From assembly GCF_009914755.1 (NCBI RefSeq), contig NC_060930.1: a DNA stretch of 64,000 bases; one strand, 5' to 3'. How positions within the stretch are numbered: the first letter of the stretch is position 1; each line of letters begins with the position of its first letter. The position numbers were made by a program, and so were the translations under genes. The DNA is from the human T2T-CHM13v2.0 reference genome, Homo sapiens. The notes beneath the pieces were generated by a model. That model worked only from the letters and a program-made list of their open reading frames with translations, searched no databases and was not told the origin of the DNA. Positions 13,878 through 27,928 of this stretch are shown here, piece after piece.

Positions 13878-13980
13878 ACAATTCCTGATGTGGAGATTAT
13901 TTTGAGGGTTAAATAAAACAGTGTGCTAATTTCATAGTAAAATGCTGGCACACCGTAGGTGCTCAAAGAGTGGTCATTCT
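13878..13980 (+). mobile_element. MIR 3' part
   Basis: gattattttgagggttaaataaaac..tgctggcacaccgtaggtgctcaaag. Confidence 0.6.
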
Positions 13981-14179
13981 CATGGTGGTGATGGTGGAGG
14001 TGATCTGTGATGTGTTTACCAATGGAGTCTGATCTTCATCTGATCTTCAGTTAGTCTATGATAGCAGCCACTGAGCACCTGAAATTTGTTGACTGACTTG
14101 ACAAGTCAAATAAATAAAAGTGAGTTCCTTTAATAAGAAAATGTGGTCAGAAAATTAACTACAGCAATAAACAGGAAAC

Positions 14180-14367
14180 ACAGTGTTTGGAATGGATATA
14201 AATGCTTCACCAAGCAGGCTGGGTTCAAATTCCATCTTTGTTTCTTACCTACTACATGATCTTACCTGTAAAATCTGTAAAATTAGTATAATAATACTTT
14301 CTCCAAGGGACTTAGTGCAAGCTTTAGTAAAATAAATTATGTAAATGCCCAGGACTGAATGTGTCAT
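14180..14367 (+). mobile_element. MIR
   Basis: ctgggttcaaattccatctttg..atctgtaaaattagtataataatacttt. Confidence 0.65.
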
Positions 14368-15654
14368 TTTTTCTTCCTCATGTTCCTAAGGTACAATAGG
14401 CCAACATCAAGTTTTCCAATTTTTGAAATTTAGACTTTAGACCTTGTATGTCAAATGAGAAATCATTTTCAAGTTCCTTAATTGGAGTCAGAAACTTTTT
14501 TTTTTTCATTTTTCCCTCAAGATAAAACAAGCTTTATAGAGAGAAAAGAATGTGGGTAAAGCAGGAACAGCTTTTACAGTAGTCTCACATGGACTAAGGC
14601 TTTGTTGAGAAGAAAAAGTGGTTTCCTTATTGGATAGGACTGTGCAGAGTCCAAGCCTCTCGCCCCTACAGGCAGGTGTATCAGAGAGTGGGGATGAAGT
14701 GCAACCCAATACCAAGGATCCTCAGAAATTCCTTTTCTGGGCAGCTTTTAGTGTCTCGTTCCAGTATATTCAAGAGCAGTAGCATGGCCCAGAGGTGTAT
14801 AATGTCATTTCAAAGCCAACTATGTGATGCTGGTAACAAAACTAAGTGCTTACAGAGCAAAGAGAAGCTGAAGTCATCAGTGTTATAAAATACAGTATGT
14901 ATTTTATTGTGTCCATAAGTTGTGCATTTTATTATCAGTAGTGCTTACAAATGAAGATTTGTTCATTCTCTGGGGTATCATTTAATTTGAAATAAATAAA
15001 GCAACAGAGTGCCGTTCTAATGTCATCTTTTGCAAACATTACAAGGGTAATGGAGAGGAGAAAGGAGCTTCTTGTTAAGAAGGAAGTAACAAGGGAATCT
15101 GATTATATTATTTCTTGAGAAATTAACAAGATGTATTAGATGATACTTTAAAAAGCAATTTTGGTACCATGGTTTGAAAGAGATATATTTCATCTAAATT
15201 ATTAAGAAGATAAATGAGTGAATTTATTCCATTTCACTAAAAAGCAATTTTTTATATATATATTTTAAAGCAAAGTGCATGCTTCCAGGTGTGCTGAAAA
15301 ACTATATTGGGGCAAAGGCTCTGTTAGCACTACTCCAACAGGATGTGCCTGGGGATGGGTCAGAAAGGCAGATAAGTTTAGGACAAGTCAGGTAGGCAGA
15401 AGCACAAATTCAGGCAGGAAATGTTCTGCCAGAGCATGTGGGTTCAGATGCCCAGGGCTGAAGCAGTGTGCATTGTGCATGAGCCAAGAGCATGCTCATT
15501 AAGACAAGGTCAGGACTGAAGAGAAAGGTGGAAGGTGAGGCAGCAACCAGGCTGTGTTTGATGGTACTGTAAAGAAGGGCTTCTGGAGGATTGAGGTAGC
15601 TGTGAGGCCAAAAGGTGAACCCTTTTTTTTTTCTTTCTAGGTCATTAATAAGCT

Positions 15655-16230
15655 TTACTTGATTTTAATTATAAATATTACTAACATTCGGAAACATTTA
15701 GATAGTATAAAAACTAAAAAAGAACACAAAGTGAAATCTTGAATTCCATATATTTGGCAAATATGATTCCAATTTTTTTTTGTTTGTCTTCCTGTATATA
15801 GCACATATATTTTTAAAATTTTAAATTGGGTCACACTGATACACAACTTGTTTTTAAGAATTTCATTTTATTTCAATGAATATAAATCCACCCTGCCATT
15901 TTCATTATGTGTATTACTACTCATTGGGTGAATATATCAAATGAATTTTATCCACCTTTTGTAGATGAGCATTTAGGCTTTTTATGTTTTTTCTTATGTA
16001 AACACTGTCATAATAAACATTCTTTAAAATTGCTATTTCTTTCCCAATTACTCCAAATGTAAATAAATTTTTTTTATTTTATTTTAAAAGCAATATAACC
16101 ATATGATAGAGAGTTTGGAAAACAGAAAAAGTAAATAAAATGTTTATGCTTCTCCCATCATAACATATCATCATTTTGGCTCACTTCCTTAAGGTGTTTT
16201 TTTGTCCCTATTTTTATTACTTTCACTTAT
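15655..16230 (-). mobile_element. Old L1ME-type 3' fragments
   Basis: T-rich antisense L1ME 3'UTR-like text, e.g. gtagatgagcatttaggctttttatg..aaacactgtcataataaacattc. Confidence 0.45.
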
Positions 16231-17401
16231 CAATTTATATGCTATTCAACTCAAAAATTGTGGTAGTTTAGCTCAAAGGCTAAACTGTGTAGTTGTTTTT
16301 AGTTTTTGAGGTGCCAACATGCATCCAGACAGAGTGTAGGGACAGGAAAGGAGGTTGTGATAATCAGAGCATCTTCAGTCCAGGAGAGATGGTGGATATA
16401 TAGAATGTATAAACACATCAATCTGAAAATAAAATTACATGCAATGTATCAACTGGCTCACTGTTAATAATTTGGTGTTGTTTCTTTCAACATAGACTAT
16501 AGTAAATACATCACAAATGGAATGGAAAGCAAATGACAAACAGGGAAAATATTTGCAGCATGTAGAATAGACAAAGGATTTCATATGTTTCTCAAAATGT
16601 GACTACATGGCTTTAAATGTCTTCATAGAAATGTGTGTGTGTGAGTGTAAAATACAAATACATAGAAATTATATATTATGTCTCTGTATATAAAATTTTA
16701 TGTAATGTATTTGGCCAATTTCTCGTTGGTGGAAAGTTAGCTCAAATTTTTGTTAATATAATTTCAATTAACATTCTTGTATGTAAATCCTAGAAGACCT
16801 CTGTGATTATTTCTTAAAAAAAATTCATGGTAGAGAAATTACTGCATCAAGAGAAATGAATATTTTGAAGGCACTTGATATGTCTTGTTAGATAAGACTC
16901 GGAGATTTTAAAAAATAGGTATTAACATATTTAATACATGGTCTTTGTATTACATGTATATAAAATGTTGGTAGTTAATTGCTTGGCCATTGGACCTCTT
17001 CCGATTGTAACTGCCCGCCTCCGAAGTAAGCAATGTCGGTAGGCTGCTGTGCCTTCTTCTTTACCCATGCAAACATATGCAAACCTGAACATGGAGAGTG
17101 TGCTTCTTTATTTCTACCACCAAAATAGAACCATATTAATGACAATAATCTGTGATTTACGCATTTTCCTTGTAAAATATCATCACCATCCTATAAATCA
17201 GCCGAAGATTTTTTTTTGGTAATTTTGAAATGCTTATTATACTCATATATATTTATAATTTTGTATAAATATGATCACACCCTATGTAGTGTTTCTTTTT
17301 TAGTGCAGTTATTGTTAGCTTTTCCAGCCCTCCTTCTCTTCTTCCAGTTTTCCCATCTTTCCATACCTACCTCAGGAACAGACAACATAGTACAGAGCCA
17401 G

Positions 17402-17545
17402 ATATATATATATATATATACATATATACACACACACATACACTTATATATATGTATGTAAGTGCATACACGATACACACTTATATATACATGTACTTAT
17501 ATATAAATACACACACAAATACTTACACAAACACACACATGCACA
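17402..17545. repeat. (TA)n/(CA)n compound low-complexity repeat
   Basis: Seen directly. Confidence 0.9.
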
Positions 17546-19067
17546 CTCATCCATAAATATATCTGTATTATGAAGAGCTGTTTATCTAATTTTATACTGA
17601 TTCATCTATATTTTTAACAGAATAATTAATATGCTATATTCTTAATAGTATCTTGCTTTTCTGACTCAAATACACCTTGCAGAAATTTGACAGCATTCCA
17701 AGTCAAAGGTTACAGTGTTAATTCGCTCTATTATAATGGATATGTAGTAGTTTATCTTGATGTACAATAATTTTTTCACATTTAACTACGGAGAGATCTT
17801 ATACATTTCAATTGTTGCAAATTTGGTCATCAAATTTTAAAATCTCACTTTGTTTTACTTTTATTTACTCGCTGTGTGTCTGATCATTTTTCATACAATT
17901 TTGACCATTTCTATGACTGAGAATTCCTCTCATCTAACACTTTTTTGCTATTGAAGCATTAACCTTTCTATTAATTATTAATGCTTTCTATATACTAAAA
18001 TACTGACCCTTTGCTTGCTGTATGTGTACCAAATATTTCCTTCAATTTTCTTTTTTTTAAAAATTACCTTTTGGAGATTGTAGTTTTGAAGGACAGATTT
18101 TAATTATTCTGTATTTAAATTTATCAGAGTTTCCTTAAGTGTTTATCTGATATTCACATATAATTTATGTGTTAAGATGAATTGTCATTCTTAATGTGTC
18201 AGTTCAAGAAATTCTCAGTATATAAAAACACCATATATGTGATATTTATTTTATTTGATAATATACTCTTCATAGCTGCAATTTTTGTTATAAATCTACA
18301 TGTTAAATCAAATTTATATGTATTTATTGTTAATTTTACATTTTCCTTTATATATTTTTATACATTTATTATTAAATAGACAAAGGAATCTAATATTTTC
18401 ATTTATTTGTGGCAAATGGGAATTATTTTTATATTACATTTTATAATTGACATTGACTAGTATGTAAGAAAACTGTTCTTTCAAATTTTAGTTTCTTGAT
18501 CATGATGCAGAGCTCTAATCCCTTAATGGTATTTTTTCCTAGCTTTTTTAGTTATACAAGAATATTATTGGCTAACGATGATAATTTTGCTTTCTCCTTT
18601 CCAATAATGATATTTAGGTTTTTTTGTTGTTACTTTTCTATTCATGTTAAGTTGCTTTGGATAGCTTTGTGTTAAAATAATATGAAAAAGACTTTTTTTC
18701 TTACTCCTGCCTATAGTAAATTCAATAGTGTTTATTCTTATTGTTTTATAAATAACATTTAAATTGTTTATTTAAAATTTTAGAATGGATCTTAAATTTT
18801 AGCCAATATACTTTAGAGTTCTTTTGAGGTAATCATATAATTTTATTCTCTGAGCTATTGAAAAATGAATAGTCCCTGAATTATAAAATGAATTTTAAAA
18901 ATTCATGTTGTATATTTTAATAATTTTAATATATGATTAAATATTTTGTTATTATCTTATATAGAAACTGTGCATCAATAATTTAAAAATAAATTTTCCA
19001 CATCATTTTAAAAGTTATTTTTGTAAGTCTTTGATATTAAAAGCATGAAACTTCATAAGTAACTAGA

Positions 19068-19298
19068 AATCACTTGAGGTCAGGAGTTCGAGACTAGCCT
19101 GGCCAACATGGTGAAACCCTGTCTTACTAAAAATACAAAAATTAGCCAGGCATTGTGGCCTGTGCTTGTAATCCCAGCTACTCAGGAGGCTGAGGCTTGA
19201 ACCTGGGAGGTGAAGGTTGCAGTGAGCAGAGATCGTGCCACTGCACTCCAGCCTGGGTGACAGAACAGGAACCTGTCTCAAAAAATAAAAATAAAAAA
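19068..19298 (+). mobile_element. 5'-truncated AluS with small internal deletion
   Basis: atcacttgaggtcaggagttcgagactagcctggccaacatggtgaaaccc..; aggagaatcgc is missing after gctgaggc. Confidence 0.92.
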
Positions 19299-19369
19299 CT
19301 GGGCATGGTGGTGTGTGCCTGTAGGCCACTGCACTCCAGTCTGAGACTCCATCTCAAAAAAAAAAAAAA
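19299..19369 (+). mobile_element. Internally deleted Alu right-arm fragment with poly(A)
   Basis: ctgggcatggtggtgtgtgcctgtag|gccactgcactccagtctg|agactccatctc followed by poly(A). Confidence 0.85.
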
Positions 19370-20984
19370 TATATATATATGTATATATAATATATATGAA
19401 GAATTATAATAATATTTGCCAAAACATTTATGAGAAAATATTGCTTGATAACTTTCTTAATTTCTTTCATAGTTATTGGCTTATTTAGTGGTTCTTGAGT
19501 CAGCCTTAATGATTCATAGTTTCTAAGAAAATAATTCATTTCAAACAGTCTTGCCAATTTATTAGCATATTTTACCTGTCTAAATGGGAGAAATGTGTTT
19601 ATGTTGTTATTTTTATATTTGTTTTTGCTTTTGGTTTTTCTCTCAGTCACGATTTCTGGTAGAAGAGGGAATTGCAAGACATCTGTAAAGGTTTGGATGT
19701 GGTTGTCATCTTCAGTTCTTATCCAACAAAGTAATTATACTATTTACTTCCTCCACACTCAGTAACTAAAAGTGATTAGCATTTTCAGTTTTAGACCACG
19801 TTATCTTATATTTTGATATTAGTAACAGTAAATATTATTCCGGTATTTAAGACAGGCTAAGACAGAGTAGATATTATAATAGCTCAGTTATGTTGTAATT
19901 TGGATTTCTAAATTTTTATTAATCCTTTCTATTAAAAAAACTGAAAAGGAGGAGGAAATTATCTGCTTTTCTAATACCCTTTTCTTGAACTATGAAACTA
20001 CAGCCAGTTTTTGCTATCTGGCAAAACTGGATATATCCAGCCACATTTCAACATTCTCTTTAAAACTGAAGCTACAAGCATATTTTTGGAAAGAATGTTA
20101 CATGAAAGCATTGTTGCACAATTAGAAGACCCCATACTTATAAATAGCTTCACATTTGTTATGCAGCTTTACATTTGTTGCATTGTTAAATACAAAATAT
20201 TTGAGCATATTTTCCATTTTATTCTCTTCTTCAGAAATTAAATTCTGCATTTGTTAGATTTAATTGCATACCCACCTTCTTGGCTGATAATTGACAATTT
20301 ATATTTGCCTACAGTTTTCTCAAGCTTATTATTCATATCTTAGATTCAGTTTTCAGCATTGTTGACTCTTTATTTGGTTGTTTTTAACAATATTTAAAAT
20401 TTTATTATGACATAATTTCTCTCCTTAAAATATTTCCTTAGCTTGTCCCACATTGTCTTCATTGTCTATCTTCTTGTCTTATCTTCTTTTATATTTTTAA
20501 AATATAGTGTTCATATTTTCTTTATTTCTTTTGGCAGTACCCAGTGCTTATCATCTAAAATTTTATATTCCTGGATATGTTCTTCATCAATATATGCTAC
20601 ACTATATTTATTTTCTTTTCTCTGTTGTAGATATTTTTTGCCTAAATAGCTTATAGGATTTTGTTTCTTTGTTTACTTATCTTTAAATGGGCCATCAGAA
20701 TGAAGAACTGCTGCAATCTGAAAAGTAGGCCAAAGGAATTTCATTTCTTTCTGCAATTTCTATTTTTCAATCCTTAAACATTGACTTAGAGTGCTGTAAA
20801 GAACTGGGTGGTGCAGGTGTGTGATATCTAATAGAAACCCTCCGCTTTATGCCATTATGTAATATTTTACAAAAACATGACCTTGAGTTTTTAGTTTATC
20901 TACATGCATCTTGCTTTGCAATAACAGCCCATAATATAGGGATTAAATTTAAGCTGCTATCTCTACTTCCTTATCCACAATTCA

Positions 20985-22190
20985 TTATCTAATCACATCT
21001 CCTGCCCCCATTTTGATTTCCGTCTCTACCATGCACTGTAACAGCTCTTATTTCTCCCACCAATTACAGCCATGGCCCATTAGCCAAAATGAATGGACAA
21101 TTATTGCCTCCTTTTGTCTTTAAACAAGCAGCAAGATTTGACCACTCCTTTCTTTTTGAAACCAGCTCCTCACTTAACTTCCTACTCCTACTTCTTCTAT
21201 CTCTTAATGGATCTCTTTTCTTAGGCCTCTACATAATGAAATACATTTAGGATTGGTCTGGAGACTTTTTCTCTTCTCTGTCACTGCTAACTTTCCAAAT
21301 GATCTTCCTTTAGTTTTAGATACACTATATATATATATACTCTTGACTCCAAAATTTATACTTTAAGCTCTGTCTTCTCCTCTAAGTTCCAGGGTTTTAT
21401 ATCCAAACTGCCCACCTCATATCTCTTCCTAAATGTATCATAAACATCTCAAACATAGTACATCCAAAAGAAAGTATTGTATTATGTTGCCTATTTTATC
21501 TTCCTCCCTCAGACTCTCAATATCAGGAGTTTCATTGTTTCTCAGAAAACAGTCATCCACCCGGTTTTCCAACTAGAACCTGAGGAGCCTTATCCCTATT
21601 ATTTCTCCAGTCTACACTCAGCAGCCAGAATAATTTGTTAAGAACATAGATCATGTCACTTCAACTGTCCTGCCCAATTCTTTCAATACTTCCAACTTTT
21701 ATTATAATGATGCTGGAACTGCTTATTTCACTGTATTTAGTTCATGCGACTTCATTTATTCTTCTGCCTCCGTCTCCAAACTCATCTTGACCCTTTCCAC
21801 TACTTCATCCATATACTTTGACCACACTATTTTGTTTTCTTTCTTTCCCTCTTCTTTCTTTTGTTCTTTCTTGTTTAAAGAAATTATATCAAGCTCCTTC
21901 CTTTCCTTCCCTTGGCTCTTACTTTGGCTGCTACCAATGCAGACATGGAATTCCCTCATCTCTTTGAAAGGCACGTTTATTATCATCCTTTAGTTATCAG
22001 CTTAAATGTCATGCACTCAGAGAGATCTTTATGATCACTGCATCTAAGGCAGTTGCCCCATCTGACATATTTTCTTATGGCTTATCTATAGTCATCACCT
22101 TTTTTTAATGTTCTTGAGAACAAGGACCTCATTTGTCTAATTCACAGTAATAAACCCAGCTCTTGGCCTGGCATATGCAAGTCTAGATAA
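20985..22190 (+). mobile_element. L2 LINE (ORF2 3' part and 3' end)
   Basis: tgaccactcctttctttttgaaac, tgactccaaaatttatac, aaacatctcaaacatagtacatccaaa, cagcagccagaataatttg, tcttgagaacaaggacctcatttgtc. Confidence 0.8.
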
Positions 22191-22657
22191 TAACGGTAGA
22201 GACCTTAAGCACTGATAAAAGGGTAAAGCCCTCCTCCACCAAATATTAGGTTTAAAACATATGAAACTGCAAAATAGTTTAAGTATGACAAAAATCTGAT
22301 TTTTCTTATGATAGCTGTTTTGAGTGAATAATATAGTAAATATTATAATTTTTCTCTTATTTTTGGCAATTGTATTTTGATGGCAGTTTGAAGATGTACT
22401 TAGGTTTCCTTTTAGATTTTCTTCTGTCACTTAATAAGTAGATATTTATTAATATGTTAAGAAGGAGTAAATGAACATTGTAGATTTGTTTGTGACATAA
22501 ATATTTCTAGTGTTTCCTGATGACTTTGGAAAAGAAAACTGCTTAATTCTTATACTCAGGAATGCCTTTTCAGTGTGTGGAATTTTCAAAACATCCTACC
22601 GGATGTTTTTTATTTATATAGAAAGGGAAGAGCCGTATGATCAACTGAAAATTGTAA

Positions 22658-22971
<314 letters not shown>

Positions 22972-23189
22972 AGCACAACTTTGTTCCAGTCAACGATGGC
23001 GTAGAATACTGACAAACTCATAAAGGTCAGAAAGATCCTGGTGAAGGCAGATGTGACCTTTGCTCTCACTGTTGGAACTGTTAACTTTTTTTGGAAGTTC
23101 TAAGGAAGTAATTGAAGAAGGAGTATATTCATAAGAGGAGAGGATGACCCTTGATTTAAGGCAGTGAAGGATAGGATTTCCATTACTTT

Positions 23190-23555
<366 letters not shown>

Positions 23556-24739
23556 TGACTAATTAAGCAGTCTTCCAAAATGTACTACCTAGCTGCTACT
23601 TAGTAATCTCCAAAAACTGGGTAATAAATAGCACTGTTAGATAATATCTTACCATTGATTTTCAAGAGGAGCTCAATGTCTTTTATCTCAAGGATGATTT
23701 TAATTTCAAGATTCTTCTTATCCTTCACATTGTCCCTAGTCACTTACCATCTGTCCTGAATGTTCGCAAGGGTATTAATTTTGCTTTTAGCCTCCCTTTA
23801 TTATTCCAATTCCTAAACCAATAGATGATTCAGGGAAATATATTGTTATTTTCAGGTTCAGTATCTGGGCTAGTTTTTTGACCAATTGAGATGTTCCATG
23901 ATAGCATGGTTTTATTAAAATTACATTGCAAATCTATCATAGGAGCTGCCTTCAACAGGTTGATACATATAAGAAAGTGGTAAAGAGTACAGGCATGAAG
24001 CAAGTATAGCATGTCTTTTGCCTTCACATTGTTTATACCTTTTATGGATTTGATGTGGAGAAAGATTCATCTTGCTACATTACAAGTCATCTCTGACATA
24101 GAAGACAAAGTCAGTAAAGTGCTTCAATCTCATAGATTTCTCATGATGGTGTTTTGACACTGGAACAGCATTACAGGAAAGAAAGAAATTATTAAGGTGA
24201 AACAAGCCCCAGAATGAAGAATTGTAAATGTATAATCACACATGAAATACAACATAGGTATATTTTATTGTACTTTTTGGGCAATTTCTGTGAGTGTCTG
24301 GCTGAGGACATATTGTAAATCTGCCCCTGCTTAGCCAGCTTCCCTGGAGGACTTGTTCAGGGGTCAGAATCAAGACTAAAACAGAGGTGGTTGTTTCTTT
24401 TTACAGCACCAATGCAGGTGTGCTTTGACTTATTAAATCTAATATGCTACTGCTAATATTCACATTTATGGAACAAATAAACACAGTGGTTGGTTATTTG
24501 CATAACAAAATAATACGTGATTTTGAACAAGGTTTTTTTATACATTAAGCCTTTCTACCAAGTTCACAAAAAATGGGAATCAATTTATAAAATGTTAATT
24601 TTTCAACCTTTCAGGATCATAACTATTATGTTTTCTATGAGGTATACTTGCCTTTGGAACTAATATTTTCAATGCTTGGTACTTTTCCTAAAGAAAAATG
24701 CAATTAGTGAGAACAGATTACTTGACTATAGTTCAGATG

Positions 24740-25350
24740 CCTGTCATGTTTGTAGGGAATAAAGGCTTAACCACAATCCACAGCTTTCCTAGACGCAAGC
24801 AGAATTTCCTCTTTGCTGAAGTAATGTGATTAGATATTCTAGTTTTTGTATGCCTTCATACATTACCCTCGTCTGCACCAACTGTAAGCAGTTGAGAGTA
24901 GAAATGACAGGTAAGCCAGAATATAATTAATTACGGTAATCCTAGCAAGAACTAACGGAAGTACATCTGAGGGTTTCTGTGTCCCTTGGAGACTCAGTAA
25001 GATATATCCTAGAAAGGCTCCTAGGATGATAATAAGATGACTTTGCAATCTGATTAATATGGACATCAAAAACAAAGTTCAGAATCCAAAATCAGTTCAG
25101 TATTATGAGCCCTGAGACATTGAGAAGGATATACTAGACGTCACAGGCAAGAACTAAAAAGAAATATAAAGATTGATGTTGAGGAGATCCTATGAGTAAT
25201 AATTTAGTCTTGTCCACATTTAGCTTTAAAAAGTTGGATGACATCCAAGCCTGAATGTCACAGAGACTGTTATGCATTGTGCAGAAAGCCATCATAAGGC
25301 CTATGGGGACTTGAAACAGACCGAAGTGTCATCTGTGCTTATTTGACACA
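24740..25350 (-). mobile_element. Ancient L2-clade LINE reverse-transcriptase/C-terminal relic (AmnL2/X-LINE-like)
   Basis: - strand translation with frameshifts: TDDT (25336-25325); SLCDIQAWMSSNFLKLNVDKTKLLLIG (W..G at 25247-25188); LILDSELCF/DVHINQIAKSSYYHPRSLSRI; DYRN*LYSGLP (from 24941); LQLVQ (24887-24873); NHIT (24831-24820). These are collinear with L2-clade ORF2 motifs. Confidence 0.85.
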
Positions 25351-27518
25351 GAAATGTATTGGTTCTAAAGCCAACATTCATAAATAAATAACCAAATACA
25401 AACATGAAATTATATACTTGTATTTCATATATAAATAAACAAAGAGACATGTCAGACTTACTATTCTTTTTGTAATTATTCTCATGTTCATGAGGGTATA
25501 TGAGATGTTTTACATAAATAGAAATATACAGTATTATTTAAAGGACACAGTCCTACCCTCAAAAAAGTTATATTCCAATACAGGTTACAATGTGAATGGT
25601 TTCCAATTACTGTTTACTGTTAAATTGTCCCATTTTTCTGCATTTTTATTTTTCAGATTATCCCATGATTTTTTTTCCCTGTTTTTCCATCCTTGGTACA
25701 TTTTGAGAAAATCAGGTTAAGAAAAGTGACATTTATAGAAAAATGGAGGCTATAATATTTAGGATTATAGACAGCTATAATCTATGGACTGCAACATTCT
25801 GATGCTTAAATGAACCATTAATTCCAACAGGCAAAAAACTTTCTCATATAAAAATTACAGTGCATTAAAAATGTTCAATAATGCAGTTTAGTTTTCCATA
25901 ACTACAGTAAAGAATTAAATCTAGAAATAACCTTGAGATAGAACACTGAACTTGTAATGACTGGTTTGTGTTTGCACAGGAAGTTGTCTGTTGGAGAGTA
26001 AGGGCTGCGCCCGTAGGAGCACAGGCCAGAAGCATGCATTGGAATGCCACATTCCAGTCTTCCAGATGTTGGCTACTAATTAATTGATTTGGGTGTGGAA
26101 TGGATTACAATAAGGTGGCCTGAATCACTTAGAGTCTGCCAAACATTTCCTCTTTTATTTTTAGTTTTTCCTGGAAGCTTTATTTCAATGACCAGATTTT
26201 ATCCAGTCTTCCCCACATGCCCTAACTAAAAGTATTCTCAGAGAACAGTGAACTTTATTATCCTCAGTCTAGGCTAAATTCAAAATAGAACAGTACTTAC
26301 TGATCCATTTTTCTAAGATTTTACTTAGAAATCTCCTAATCCAAGGTTATCTTTAGTTCTACCAAATATTTAATAGCAAAAGTAATGGTATTTCTTTATA
26401 TTGATCCTGGTAGTATGTATATATGAATGTTAAACAGCCAACACATTTAACATTTTGACAATGATGACAATTGGATAAAAATTTTCCTGCTTTTTAAAGT
26501 TCATGTTTCATTGAAATTCTGAGAACTTTTAAGTAGCCTAATGAAATATATTATTTTAATACCTCAGTAAGAATCCTTTTGTAATCTTAGATATTTTCTG
26601 CAAGTTATAAGTTATACATTTATATTTGTAAGATCTTGTTCAACTTGATTCATGATCATGTGGCTTATACATATTAAAAAGCAGAGTCCTACTGATTTCA
26701 TTTATATTTTAAATTAGAGGTTTCATTTTATTTATGTATTTTTATGAAAATACCTACATGGTACTAGTTTAACTTAAGTAAGTGGGTAATAAGTTGGCCA
26801 GTACAACAACTTGTTTAGTAAAATGTCAGTCCTTTATGATTTAGATACATTTGTTTGCAAGATGTAATCACAGAAAGGGTCACCAAACCTGTTCCTTTCA
26901 CTATAATTGAATTTCCAATTCATCGAAGGAGTACTGATTTAATGTCTAAATAAATACTCTAACTTTGGGTAGCAAACTACTCATTGTGACAGCAAGTAGT
27001 TTCTTGTTCTGTTCAGAATGTGTCAAAATTTATGTGCAATGACATGCACCAAGAAGAAAAAAAAATAGAAGAACATATTCGAGGTGAATGGAGCATACAG
27101 TATATGAGTGATCTCAAAGTTTTGAATCATGAGTCCAACATTTAAACAAAAAAAACTAACTACAGTGTTTCATATCTATACCACACCTTTTAGCTTCAAA
27201 ATTTCAGCAGCTCTGATGATGCTGTCATAAAAATTGTGCCTATTTTAAAAATCTGTTAAGGAATATCAGATGCTTGCTATTTGGTCTAAGAAAGGCCCAG
27301 GGTTTTTAATGCTAAATGTAAATTAATCCTTAAGCAAAGGATTATATTTAAGCTTCTTGTTAATCATATTAATAATGTTAATCATGGTTAATTGTGGCTA
27401 TTCCCTCAATTCATATGTAATAATAACAATCAAATTATGCCTAAAATTTGCTAAAGATTTTTCAAAAAATTATAAAATACATTCATATTTTATCTTATAT
27501 TTTACTGTTGTAATAAAT

Positions 27519-27928
27519 AAAATAAAGAAAATGTAGTACATACACCCCATGGAATACTATGCAGCCAGGAAAAAGAGTAAGATCATGTCCTTTGCAGGGA
27601 CATGGATGGAGCCGGAGGCCATTATTCTTAGCAAACTAACACAGGAACAGAAAACCCAATACTGCATGTTCTCACTTGTAAGTGGAAGCTAAATGATGAA
27701 AACACATGGACACAGAGAGGGGAACAAAACATACTGGGGCCTTTCAGAGGGTGAAGGGTGGGAGGAGGGAGAGGATCAGGAAAAACAACTAATGGGTACT
27801 AGGCTTAATACCTGGGCGATGAAATAGTCTGTACAACAAACCCCCATGACACAAGTTTACCTATGTAACAAACCTGCACTTGCATCCCTGAATGTAAAAT
27901 AAAGTAAGAAAAAATAAATTATTAAAAA
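27519..27928 (+). mobile_element. L1PA (L1PA12-14-like) 3' end
   Basis: catggaatactatgcagcc..ggagggagaggatcaggaaaaacaactaatgggtactaggcttaatacctgggcgatgaaat..aaataaaag followed by an A-tail. AAAATAAAGAAAA occurs at 27519-27531 and 27929-27941. Confidence 0.93.

Larger units (their letters stand above)
16700..20700 (-). mobile_element. Highly degraded L1M(E) body, interrupted by microsatellite and Alu
   Basis: ORF 19354..19677(-) contains [42 protein letters not shown], homologous to L1 ORF2p YANKLENLEEMDKFL..LPRLNQEE..LNRPIT..EI. Flanks look antisense-L1-like; boundaries are approximate. Confidence 0.6.

Noticed and set aside
24390-24425. 11-nt microexon-like tttttacAG|caccaatgcag|GTGTGC
   Set aside because: Weak donor, non-3n length and no supporting regulatory motifs.
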